Source: Oculatellaceae cyanobacterium bins.114 (lineage in GTDB: Bacteria > Cyanobacteriota > Cyanobacteriia > Elainellales > Elainellaceae). From it: a stretch of 64,000 bases of DNA. A program made the position numbers and the translations under genes. The stretch's first letter is position 1. Each line of letters opens with the position of its first letter. Under the pieces are notes generated by a model, which was not told where the DNA came from, did not search any database, and saw only the letters and a program-made list of their open reading frames with translations. The DNA is taken from positions 1 through 64,000 of the forward strand of contig JANRJA010000028.1 in NCBI GenBank assembly GCA_033764315.1, read 5' to 3'. Below, in pieces: positions 29,679-38,657 of this stretch.

Positions 29679-32204
29679 TCACTTTGGACAATTTTCGAGT
29701 CGGCTCATCAAGGTAGACAGCATCCAGCTATCTGTGGCGCAGCCTCCCCGTCCATGACCGATGCCCCATGCACGCAATGATTCAGCGATCGGAATTTTCC
29801 AAAACCACAGTGCCGGGAGGTGCCCTTCGGGGGCTTGGGGGGTAAATTTTAAACTGCTGTAGGGCAAAAAGATACGCATTTTTTTGTGCCACCAGCCAAC
29901 GCGATCGCCAAACAGAGCGGCATCCCCCTTATGAGTATCTCGATAGAGACGATGTTGAGCACTAAAGCCAAAGCGTCCACCACTGCTTTCAGTCCACAGG
30001 TGGTCAATCGTCCGCAAATCAACACAAGGGAAGTTTTCTAAGGCAGCGCGATCGAGCCATCCTGCTTTTTCTCGCCCGGTGGCTTTTAGCATAATAGTAA
30101 AGGTTTCTTCATCGGCTCCGCGCCACTGATGGGTGTGCAAGAGTTCGTTCAGAAGGGTGTAGTCAATACCTCGCTCAGAGAGTAACGGGTGTGACGGGGT
30201 TTGAGGTGGCTCTTCCACGGTTGCCACTGGAGGAGACGGTTGGGGCAATGGAGGTGGAGATGAAACGGGTTGAGCGGGCTCCACCACTGGCTCTTGAATC
30301 ACCGTCTCAGGAGGGGGTTGATGCAGGGCTTCTTCGTGTCGCTGTTGTTCAAGTTTTTCCTGTTGTTTCAGAAACAGGTCTGCCTCTCGCGCCGAAGACA
30401 CCTGTTTCTCAACCTGTTGAACATCGGTTTCTCGCAAACCCAGTGATTTTTGCAAATTTCGCAATTCATACCGCGCATACTCACCTGGCGGATATTCCAG
30501 GTTGATCACCTGAGTAAAACGCTGTTCATAGAGGTTCAGTTTGTTTTGATAGGCTTTTTCCTGCTCTCGAATTTTGCCGACGATGCGGGTTTCAACCTGA
30601 GTCACGTCTTCATCGCGCAAACCCAGGTGTTGCTGAAACTGCTTGAGTTCCTGCCGAGTGGTCTCACTGAGGGGCAGTTCTCGATCAACTTCTTGGGCAA
30701 ACTTAAACTCGTAGTGTTGAAGGTTTTGCTGATAGGCTTCGGCGTCGCTCTTATTTTGCTCCATCACCTGCTGCTCAATTCGGCTGACATCATCGTCTCG
30801 CAACTCCAGGGAGTGTTGAAATTTTCGGAGTCCATCGCGGGTGAACTCGCTGATCGGCAACCCTAACGAAACGGCTTGAGTGAACTCATATTCATAATGT
30901 TGCAGCTTCCGGCGATAGGCTTCTTCCTGGGCAGCAAGTTGAGACCGAATTTCGGCTTGAATCGGAGCCACATCCTCGTCACGCAGACCCAGCACCTCTT
31001 GCAATTCCCGTAATTCTGTGGCTGTGCGACTACTAAAGGGATATTCACGACGGGCGATCGCCTCATAAATCTCGCCATATTGCTGAATATGGTTCAATCG
31101 CTCTCGATGCTTAGACTCCCGCTGATATGCCTCTACTTTAGCCGCAATTTCGCGCTGAATCGGGGCCACATCTTGATCGCGCAAGCCCAGATAATGTTGC
31201 AGAGTTTTGAGTTGTTCGTGAATGCCCTCGTTGAGCAGATATTCTTGCTCGATCGGGGCAACGGCATCGCGATACTGTCGCAATAGGTTTTGGTAGTCGC
31301 GGTAAGGTTGCAGCACTTCTTCTTCGATCACCGCTGCATGAATGGGGGATAAACCAAATCGCACTCGTTGGGTATCGAGAATCGTTCGTCCGACTTCTGA
31401 AATCTTGCCCTGACTGGCATATTTCTCGACTTCCTGGCGATAGTGCCGTTGTGGATCGTTGATCTTGACTCTGGCGATCTCAAAGCGGAGATCGGCTTCA
31501 TTCAGCCGAATAATCTTAGGATCAACGCCTGGAGCCGCTTCTGTGACACGTTTGCGGACGTACTCGTGCAACTCATCTGCGGACACACAGCCGTCAAAGT
31601 CGCGATCGGCGACTCCAGTGCTAATGCCTTCTACCAGGTAATGGGTGTAAAGGGAGCGATCGGCGCGTTTTTGTACAAAGGAATAATGCCCATTAGAAGA
31701 CGGCATCAGCACGACCCGTCCTGCTGCACCAAACTGATGCTCTACGCTGATTGGGCTACTATTGCGATCGCTCAATCGCTCATTTGTTAAAGCCTCTCCA
31801 GAGCACCAATCTAAAATCACCACCTGTTGTTTGGATTGGCTCTGCTCAAAACAATCACGAACAAAGTTTGCCGACACCGCTGAGGCTTTAATCAGATGAT
31901 TTTGCTGGTTCTTATAGGTGTTGCGGGCTGCAAAGTAGAGGTTGTGGTGCTCGTCATAGACGCGATGCCCTGAGAAAAACAGCAGCACCAGATCGTTGGA
32001 GGTGTGACTGCTTGACCAGGTTTCGATCGCCTCTGCCATCTCAGATTGACTAGGGTTGATCAGCGGCTTGACCACATCAAAGTCACCGATCTCCTGATTT
32101 TCCAGCACATGCTGTAAGGCTTCCACGTCATTAGAAGCCGCTGGCAGCGGTCTTAAACCTGACCCATATTCACTTACCCCAATCAGCAGCGCAACCCTAG
32201 CCAT
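29679..32204 (-). CDS. Caspase-like (C14) domain + tandem helical repeats + GUN4-like domain protein
   Basis: ARVALLIGVSEY…LPAASNDV…LLFFSGH…VILDWCSG; repeated LQxxLGLRDEDV; C-terminal SERGIDY..L..LL…W.GADEET…FPC.DLRTID.LW…S.GRFGFS.Q…APEGHLP. Confidence 0.88.
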   Translation of the reverse strand: MARVALLIGVSEYGSGLRPLPAASNDVEALQHVLENQEIGDFDVVKPLINPSQSEMAEAIETWSSSHTSNDLVLLFFSGHRVYDEHHNLYFAARNTYKNQQNHLIKASAVSANFVRDCFEQSQSKQQVVILDWCSGEALTNERLSDRNSSPISVEHQFGAAGRVVLMPSSNGHYSFVQKRADRSLYTHYLVEGISTGVADRDFDGCVSADELHEYVRKRVTEAAPGVDPKIIRLNEADLRFEIARVKINDPQRHYRQEVEKYASQGKISEVGRTILDTQRVRFGLSPIHAAVIEEEVLQPYRDYQNLLRQYRDAVAPIEQEYLLNEGIHEQLKTLQHYLGLRDQDVAPIQREIAAKVEAYQRESKHRERLNHIQQYGEIYEAIARREYPFSSRTATELRELQEVLGLRDEDVAPIQAEIRSQLAAQEEAYRRKLQHYEYEFTQAVSLGLPISEFTRDGLRKFQHSLELRDDDVSRIEQQVMEQNKSDAEAYQQNLQHYEFKFAQEVDRELPLSETTRQELKQFQQHLGLRDEDVTQVETRIVGKIREQEKAYQNKLNLYEQRFTQVINLEYPPGEYARYELRNLQKSLGLRETDVQQVEKQVSSAREADLFLKQQEKLEQQRHEEALHQPPPETVIQEPVVEPAQPVSSPPPLPQPSPPVATVEEPPQTPSHPLLSERGIDYTLLNELLHTHQWRGADEETFTIMLKATGREKAGWLDRAALENFPCVDLRTIDHLWTESSGGRFGFSAQHRLYRDTHKGDAALFGDRVGWWHKKMRIFLPYSSLKFTPQAPEGHLPALWFWKIPIAESLRAWGIGHGRGGCATDSWMLSTLMSRLENCPK

Positions 32205-32354
32205 TGATGAATGTTAATAAGGGGGTGGGTTTACTGGTTTTCTAGATGCAGGTTCTAGAAGCTCGGAGTGCAATGACACTCTGTCATCCACAATTTTTTC
32301 AAATTGATCCGGATGACGATCATTCTACTTGTATATATTAGGTTTCTGCATCGA

Positions 32355-32387
32355 TCGACACCAAGATCTCCGACTTTTTAAAAAAGC
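32355..32387. repeat. REP-like palindrome AGATCTCCGACTTTTTAAAAAAGCCGGAGATCT
   Basis: Near-perfect inverted repeat; a related composite copy lies at 33124-33199. Confidence 0.7.
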
Positions 32388-32435
32388 CGGAGATCTGAGC
32401 TTAAGTGAGCGATCGCTCCTCAGCGAAAATGCCCC

Positions 32436-33041
32436 CTATGCCTCACTCCCAAATACCTGGTCTGCCGTTAACTGCAATTCTGGAAACTCAGGGGATGCGA
32501 TCGCCTCACTTCCTTTGACTGTCCCCACTTCTATATAAGCTCCATCCTGGAGTTGCAGCACCGTCACTGTTTGTTCTTCAGGATCAATCAGCCAATACTC
32601 CGGAATCTCACACGCAGCATACTGATCGCGTTTACGGATCAAATCTCTTTCACGGTTTTGCTTTCCTGGACTCAGTACTTCAGCCACTAATCGAGGGGGC
32701 GGCATGTCGAGGGTAATCGTTAACCGTTTTTGGGTCAGAGCGAGATGTTCTGGTCGCAAAATCACCAAATCTGGATAGCGATTGGCACTGTCTCCAGAGC
32801 GCAGAATCGGCACTTGCAACTCAAGACTGTGGATCACGATCAGTCGAGGAGAAATTTTGCCACTGTTAGCGATCGCCAACATCAGACAACGCGCAATCCA
32901 ATTGTTGATTTCTGACTCTGGTGGCACTTCGACTAACTCCCCATTGGTCAGCTCAAACCGACCCTCGCGATGGTTCTCAGGGTCATCGCTCCAGGTCAAA
33001 TACTCTTCAAAGCTGGCGAATTTAATTTTGGATTGAGTCAT
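32436..33041 (-). CDS. Uma2-family (DUF820) putative endonuclease
   Basis: FELTNGELVEVPPES, RYPDLVIL, PRLVAEVLSPG, KRDQYAACEIPEYWLIDP. Confidence 0.93.
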   Translation of the reverse strand: MTQSKIKFASFEEYLTWSDDPENHREGRFELTNGELVEVPPESEINNWIARCLMLAIANSGKISPRLIVIHSLELQVPILRSGDSANRYPDLVILRPEHLALTQKRLTITLDMPPPRLVAEVLSPGKQNRERDLIRKRDQYAACEIPEYWLIDPEEQTVTVLQLQDGAYIEVGTVKGSEAIASPEFPELQLTADQVFGSEA

Positions 33042-33123
33042 GATTCCGCCTTGTGTGGTGGGGGCGATCGTATATCAATTGCTTTTTCCTCACCTTAGCA
33101 CTTGCTTTTCTTTATAAAACCTT

Positions 33124-33199
33124 AGATCCCCCCTTGAATCCCCCTTAAAAAAGGGGACTTTCGCTCGGAACCCTGGAATCTTGAAGATTCTGGGGATCT
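33124..33199. repeat. Composite palindrome: AGATCCCC…GGGGATCT enclosing a CCCCTTAAAAAAGGGG hairpin
   Basis: Direct reading of nested inverted repeats upstream of the Uma2 gene. Confidence 0.6.
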
Positions 33200-33314
33200 T
33201 TTTTCTTTTTCCTGGTTGACACAAAAAATTGTGTAAACGTCTGTAGGGCTTCCTCAGCAACTTCATCAAGCAATACCGATTTACCCAATGGGTTAACTGT
33301 TAAAAGATCTGTTT

Positions 33315-34148
33315 TTATCGTGCTCCTGCATCCTGAAGAATTTGAACTACTTTACTGTGATCGCTTGATCCTGGTTGACGAGGGTTCCCATTTTTATCCA
33401 AGGTTCTACAAGTTTGACTAGTTGCCATAGACAATGGCTTCTCACCCAAGTTATTAGAATAATTTGGGTTAGCACCAGCATTTAGGAGTTCTTGAACAAT
33501 AAATGGTTGACCCTCACATGAAGCAGAAATCAAAGAATCGCTCAAAGCTTCATTTGGAATACTATTCCATCTCGCACCAGATTCAAGTAATTTCTGTACA
33601 AGAGCATCAGTACCAAAACTTGCTGCATGAGAGAGTACGTAGTAAGGCTGATTAAACCAAGTTCGTTCTTTACTTTGATAGTTAGGATCAAATCCTTGAG
33701 TAAGTAACAAATCAATCTTCTCTAGATCATTACTAGATATCGCATCCAACATGTCCCGATACATTTGCTCTGGATTATTCATAATGCTCACATTGCTTTG
33801 GGCATATTCTTTATTGGCTTGATACTCTTGAGCTTTTTGCCGAGCTACTTCATAATTAGGATCTAGCGTTTCAACAGATTCCATCAAGTCAATCGCTTGT
33901 TGCCAAGTATTTGCAACCTCATGCCACTCCTCCAATGTTTGAGCTGTTTGAGCAAGTTCAGCAGCTTCCATCGCTTTATTAACAGCATTTCTAAATGGAT
34001 CTGTTACTGCATTTTGTGTTGTTTCAATAGATTGAGGTTTAATAGATGTTGTTTCAGAGGGTGTGTCATTGGAAGCACATCCAATTAAAAATAAAACCAA
34101 TCCAATAAGAAGTATTGAAACAGATCGTTTCTTAGACTGAATCACCAT
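33315..34148 (-). CDS. Lipoprotein with helical domain and ankyrin repeats
   Basis: Lipobox LIGC; LLTQGFDPN, LLESGA and LLNAGANPN ankyrin-like repeats; AT-rich DNA. Confidence 0.8.
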   Translation of the reverse strand: MVIQSKKRSVSILLIGLVLFLIGCASNDTPSETTSIKPQSIETTQNAVTDPFRNAVNKAMEAAELAQTAQTLEEWHEVANTWQQAIDLMESVETLDPNYEVARQKAQEYQANKEYAQSNVSIMNNPEQMYRDMLDAISSNDLEKIDLLLTQGFDPNYQSKERTWFNQPYYVLSHAASFGTDALVQKLLESGARWNSIPNEALSDSLISASCEGQPFIVQELLNAGANPNYSNNLGEKPLSMATSQTCRTLDKNGNPRQPGSSDHSKVVQILQDAGAR

Positions 34149-34159
34149 TTATCATGTCC

Positions 34160-34786
34160 TTATAGTTTATCTGTCATAATTTCAATAAAAAGTTCTCCGA
34201 GAGCTGTAGTAGTAATTGGCAAATAAACTACATCCTCTCCAAAGAAGCTTTGCCCTGAAATTGCACCGTGAGATATAGCTGTCAGCCCTGTCCGCAATAA
34301 TCCCTGCTGGAAGTCCAGCATATCTGTTGTACTGTATCTTTTTGAATTAACTAGTTGCTGCAAGTCTTCAATATAGGCAAGATCTATAGCAGATGAAAGT
34401 TTGCGAAACTGATCAAAATTAATATAACCTTTGATGTATGCGGTGAATGCTTTGGCAAGGATTTTCGGCTTTTCTAAATCATCCAAGCGATCAAGTATAA
34501 GTACAAGAACTTCCCCCATCCTTTGTTTTAATTTCGGATTTTTCTCAAGTTGATTATAAAATTTTTGTCTCTCTATCTCTTCGATTTTAGAAAGTGAAAA
34601 AATAAATTTTTCAATCTTTTTGAGAAAAATACGATCTCTGATGTTTCTACCAACTCTTGCCAAATTAACTGCTGTACCTAATATAGGAAGATCTTTTATA
34701 AGACCATCATCAAAAACCTGATCTCCTATCACTTCAAAAAGCTCGATGCTAGTATCAAGAACGCTGTCTCCTAATTGCTCTGTCAT
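34160..34786 (-). CDS. Hypothetical protein (AT-rich, probably horizontally acquired)
   Basis: 208-aa ORF with AGGAG Shine-Dalgarno; lacks HIP1 octamers. Confidence 0.8.
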   Translation of the reverse strand: MTEQLGDSVLDTSIELFEVIGDQVFDDGLIKDLPILGTAVNLARVGRNIRDRIFLKKIEKFIFSLSKIEEIERQKFYNQLEKNPKLKQRMGEVLVLILDRLDDLEKPKILAKAFTAYIKGYINFDQFRKLSSAIDLAYIEDLQQLVNSKRYSTTDMLDFQQGLLRTGLTAISHGAISGQSFFGEDVVYLPITTTALGELFIEIMTDKL

Positions 34787-34923
34787 AATGTAACTCCTAT
34801 CCTAATAACTGTTTTCCTGTTGAACTTATTTGAGCCTATGTAATTCAAGTTATCTTTACCAAAACTATCCCTTAGCGACGGAATATAATTCTGAATTAAG
34901 AAATTGAACAGATAATTTTCAAG

Positions 34924-35094
34924 TTAGGGTACAAAGCTTAAGTTTTGTTTGAAATACGACTTGTGGCAATTGATGCTGAGTCCTTCAATGCTCTCGTGTT
35001 GTTCTGATTCCTCTAACCACCGATCGCCCCCCTCATTCACGATCGCATTCACAGAAGAGTCTTTAATACCCGCGATCGCCCAGTTTTTTGCCAT
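34924..35094 (-). pseudogene. Relic of a caspase-family gene: only MAKNWAIA is retained, breaking at HIP1 (35072-35079)
   Basis: ATG GCA AAA AAC TGG GCG ATC GCG matches, from recall, the MAKNWAIxIGIN start of cyanobacterial caspase-family proteins; the sequence after HIP1 is unrelated (56-codon ORF). Confidence 0.5.
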
Positions 35095-35108
35095 CTTCCC
35101 TCAATCCA

Positions 35109-35363
35109 TTAAGATTGCCCCGACGAAATAAGAGAACGCACCGACAAAATCTCATCGGCTCGTAACGCTTCCACTGCCGAGATAGGGACGCTAATCACCG
35201 TTAACGACTCGCCCAACGCATTGAAAACCTCTAACACACATCCCATCTCGCCATCACTGGGATGAGGAACCCAATCTATCAATGTAGCCACATCCCCCGC
35301 CTTCAACCCCTGCTCTGGAAGGTCATGGGTCAAAGCAACGTCCTGGCATAGCTCTAATGTCAT
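35109..35363 (-). CDS. DUF4926-domain protein
   Basis: LELCQDVALTHDLPEQGLKAGDVATLID…GCVLEVFNALGE…V. Confidence 0.8.
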   Translation of the reverse strand: MTLELCQDVALTHDLPEQGLKAGDVATLIDWVPHPSDGEMGCVLEVFNALGESLTVISVPISAVEALRADEILSVRSLISSGQS

Positions 35364-35393
35364 TCTCAAAGCTCCTTTAGTATCTCAACATCA

Positions 35394-35777
35394 TCAGGAA
35401 TTCTCACTGGTTTTCTTTACCTCAGTACGCTTGAACTTTAGAGTAAGGGCACCGCTTCCTCCAAATTTTGTGCCCGACCCTAACAGGCTCAACTGCCCTT
35501 CTGCGTTAACTTCCACCGATAGCTCAATCTCATCCAGTTCCATACCGCCAATCTCTTGAGCTTTTGCCTGAGCTTGCTTCAATACCCGCCCCATCGTCTC
35601 TAAAAAATCTGCCACCCCCTGCTCTAGCTTTTCAACCGGGACAGGAACTCCCGATCGTCCACTAGATGGCGTCCGTTGCCCATCATCAAACGGATTGCGA
35701 CGAACATCGTTACCCCGATCGCCCACCGTCGTAGTATCTGTCACAACCCAGATATAGTTTTCTGCCATGACTGTCAT
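35394..35777 (-). CDS. Peptidase-co-occurring (Pepco-like) small protein
   Basis: VPVEKLEQGVADFL…MELDEIELSVEVNAEGQLSLLGSG.K.GGSGALTLKFKR. Confidence 0.7.
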   Translation of the reverse strand: MTVMAENYIWVVTDTTTVGDRGNDVRRNPFDDGQRTPSSGRSGVPVPVEKLEQGVADFLETMGRVLKQAQAKAQEIGGMELDEIELSVEVNAEGQLSLLGSGTKFGGSGALTLKFKRTEVKKTSENS

Positions 35778-35834
35778 AATTTTCTACATCCACAAGTTTA
35801 GCGAATGGGTTCTGCCCTCGCTCTTTAGCCAATC

Positions 35835-36194
35835 ATGTCTCACGATTCTTTGCCTGAGCGATCGCCCCTGATTAAAACCATTCTGGTTCTCTGTCTCACC
35901 CTATTGAGCCTGTTTGTGCTGTTTCTAACTGCTTTCATGGTGATGCTTTGCAGTTTCTTTGTTACAGATCCTGACCTCTATCCTGGTGACATTAGCGATC
36001 GTGCGGCAACCTATCTTGGTTTTATGGCTATCGGAGGCTGTTTGCTGGAGTGGGGCTTTGTTTGGCTTTTGGTTCGCTATCGGTGGATCGCTCGGTCAAC
36101 CGGAAAGTGGTTGGTGTATTGTAGCTGGGCGATCGCTGCTTTGAATGGGGTGCTGTTACTGATTCCTCTGGTGGCTTGGAAGAGTGCGCTCTAA
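35835..36194 (+). CDS. Small three-TM membrane protein (paralog 1)
   Basis: Hydrophobic ORF; shares RSPLIK.IL..CL.LLSL, GGCLL, RYRW.A.ST.KW and AI.ALNGVLL with the next gene. Confidence 0.75.
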   Translation: MSHDSLPERSPLIKTILVLCLTLLSLFVLFLTAFMVMLCSFFVTDPDLYPGDISDRAATYLGFMAIGGCLLEWGFVWLLVRYRWIARSTGKWLVYCSWAIAALNGVLLLIPLVAWKSAL

Positions 36195-36231
36195 CCAAAA
36201 CTTCTTGAGAAACGTGACCTAAATCAAAACG

Positions 36232-36606
36232 ATGGCTCCAAACCCCTTCCCCTCACAACGTTCAGTTGCACCACCGCCGAAGCGATCGCCCCTAATTAAA
36301 GCCATTCTGCTGTTCTGTCTGAGCCTGTTGAGTCTCGTTGTATTGGGGCTGACAGCTTATGCTATGTCCATTTGGGGCATGTACATTAATCATCCTGGCT
36401 CCGTTGCCGGAAACATCGAACAAACTGTTGCCCAATCTGTCACGCTGGCTGCGCTTGGCGGATGTTTGTTGGATGGGCTATTGATTTGGCTATTAGCGCG
36501 CTATCGCTGGATGGCTCACTCAACGGCAAAGTGGATGTTGTATGGTGTTGGGGCGATCACCGCTTTGAATGGGGTGTTGTTATGCCTGCCTCAAATCCAC
36601 GGTTGA
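36232..36606 (+). CDS. Small three-TM membrane protein (paralog 2)
   Basis: Tandem duplicate of 35835-36194. Confidence 0.75.
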   Translation: MAPNPFPSQRSVAPPPKRSPLIKAILLFCLSLLSLVVLGLTAYAMSIWGMYINHPGSVAGNIEQTVAQSVTLAALGGCLLDGLLIWLLARYRWMAHSTAKWMLYGVGAITALNGVLLCLPQIHG

Positions 36607-36688
36607 CACGTCATAACTGCATCATGTTGCGCCTCTCCAATACCTTCTTTTACCGTTCTTTTTTCCTTCCATCTTCTTTGTTCATCTG

Positions 36689-38074
36689 TCACTCTGCCAC
36701 ACTAATCTCTGGCAATGGACAAATGCCGTTGGTCTCTAATAGGGCTGACCAAAACTGGGTCAGGTCGAGTTCTCCGCGTTGATTTAGGGCGATCGCTTGA
36801 AACAGTTGCGTCGTCGTGACAAGGCAATAGCTAAAGTGTTGAGCCGCACGAATGCAATTGGGTTGAAAGGCTTCTTTGCGTTGCAGAGGGGGTTTGTGAA
36901 ACTCAGTGTTGGCAATCAATACGCCTTTGCCGTGCCAATCTTGTTGCATTAACAAATCGCGCACCCACTGATCTAAATAGCGCAGATCGCTCAGGGGCAG
37001 CACACCCATGCGGGCACGAATCACAACTAAGCCGTCTCGATTGAACGGATCTCGAATTTGAATTGCATCTTGATAGGGCGGTTTAAGGGGGCTGATCTGA
37101 GCACCCAACTCTCGCAGAGCACTGCTAATCACTTGAGCCAAACTCTCAGAGTTTTGTTCATACAGCAAACGGCTAAACCCAGAGGCAACCATGAGTTGTT
37201 GCCGAGCTGAGGCTAACTCTTGCGAGAGATGATTGATGTCTTGTTGATAGGTCAAAATGCGGTCTTCGATCGCTTGCTGATGGGGCAACCGATAGGTATC
37301 TGCCCAGGCAGGAGGTTTTTGCTCTTGGATCAGACCATACCGCTCGCGCAATAACAAATTGATGGCCTCATCCACAGACATCTCGGTTGGGGGTGGCAAC
37401 CAGATGGCAACACCAGAGTCAATCGCTGTTTGGTTGCTTGAGGATGGGTCGGTGCTCGCAGGCAACGCTCGTATGCCTCGCTCAACCCAAGCGGCACGAA
37501 ATTTAAGCTTAAACCCAACGGGTTGTTGAAAACGGTTATAAGCGATCGCCCCCATCCCCACTTGCACATTATTTGCTTTGGGATGAATCACGCGCAGATA
37601 AGTGGCCAATCCTAAAAAGTGAGCTTTGAACTTAGGTGTGGCGTAAAAGAACCAGCGACGCACCTGCTCAAAATAGCCCGCAAACTCCGGTTTGACATCG
37701 CGAATGGTCTCCCCTGACTCCAATACAAATTCTGGGGTGACAGGCAACCACCACATCATCGATTGATACAGGCTATTGCCCTCTAACCCTGGCATACCGA
37801 TACAGACAACTTCGCTGCCGGGGCTAAACAAAAGGCGAGCCAGTTGTTGCCAGGAAGGCAAACGCTCTGGTCGAATGCCAACGTCTGCCTGCTCACTCAA
37901 AAAGGACACCAAGTTGAGAATCACAAGGTCATAGTCAGCCACGTTGATATTGGCTGGCAATTCGCCCCAAGTATAAGCGGTAATCGCTGGGGTACGCACA
38001 GCTGAACCTAGCACCAACACCCGTTTGTTGCCCCGTTTCGATGCCCGTTGAATTGCTTTTTCTTGGGTCAGCAT
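36689..38074 (-). CDS. Hypothetical protein with coiled coil and a possible degenerate restriction-endonuclease-like C-terminal domain
   Basis: 461-aa ORF; coiled coil near residues 265-295; C-terminal LRYLDQWVRD…KGVLIAN. Confidence 0.75.
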   Translation of the reverse strand: MLTQEKAIQRASKRGNKRVLVLGSAVRTPAITAYTWGELPANINVADYDLVILNLVSFLSEQADVGIRPERLPSWQQLARLLFSPGSEVVCIGMPGLEGNSLYQSMMWWLPVTPEFVLESGETIRDVKPEFAGYFEQVRRWFFYATPKFKAHFLGLATYLRVIHPKANNVQVGMGAIAYNRFQQPVGFKLKFRAAWVERGIRALPASTDPSSSNQTAIDSGVAIWLPPPTEMSVDEAINLLLRERYGLIQEQKPPAWADTYRLPHQQAIEDRILTYQQDINHLSQELASARQQLMVASGFSRLLYEQNSESLAQVISSALRELGAQISPLKPPYQDAIQIRDPFNRDGLVVIRARMGVLPLSDLRYLDQWVRDLLMQQDWHGKGVLIANTEFHKPPLQRKEAFQPNCIRAAQHFSYCLVTTTQLFQAIALNQRGELDLTQFWSALLETNGICPLPEISVAE

Positions 38075-38227
38075 GGGAAGGACTGCACTACAAATGGGGT
38101 GAAATTAGCCACGAATTTTGCGTGAGAGCGATGCGAGTTGTTTCCCCCAATGGGGTTATCGCCTTTTTATGTTCACTGCGATCGCTCAGTCAGATGAACC
38201 TCTGTTTAGAGGTCAAGAATTTAATGT

Positions 38228-38281
38228 TGCAAGTCAGTTTGAGAATGCAAGTCAGTTTGAAAATGCAAGTCAGTTTGAAAA
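38228..38281. repeat. 3 x 18-bp tandem repeat TGCAAGTCAGTTTGA(G/A)AA
   Basis: Direct reading; lies in the divergent intergenic region upstream of ndhP. Confidence 0.92.
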
Positions 38282-38444
38282 TAAATTATTAACAGGTAAT
38301 GAGTGCCCTGTCAATTTAATATCAATTTCCAAGGCTCTTTCATGCCGCCTTCTATCCTCAGCCCCCTAGACTTTTTGGGGAGCACCCACTACATTGGGGT
38401 TGATGATTTTTAATATCAACTCCGTTTAGATTTGAGAAAAAACT

Positions 38445-38567
38445 ATGAATGTACAATTGATTCTTCTCGCATTAACCCCTCTATTTATCGTAGCTTGCCT
38501 GTTTTTTGGCACTCGCAACGGGTTTTACGATTCTGAAAACTATCATGGCAACGGCTCAGCTCACTAA
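38445..38567 (+). CDS. ndhP: NDH-1L small subunit NdhP (40 aa; absent from the ORF track)
   Basis: MNVQLILLALTPLFIVACLFFGTRNGFYDSENYHGNGSAH; the FFGTRNGFYD..YHGNGSAH tail is diagnostic. Confidence 0.92.
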   Translation: MNVQLILLALTPLFIVACLFFGTRNGFYDSENYHGNGSAH

Positions 38568-38657
38568 GTCTCGCTTTATGGCCGTTGAATCCTGATATGG
38601 TTAGTTAGCATCCAGTAACATAACTGGGTTAGCGGTGTTTGCAGGAACTTCGTTACT

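Noticed and set aside
38118-38369. ORF containing the ASQFEN repeats, or a mini-CRISPR
   Set aside because: The repeats are head-to-tail with no spacers, and the ORF has a non-ATG start and no recognisable motif; treated as a non-coding tandem repeat.
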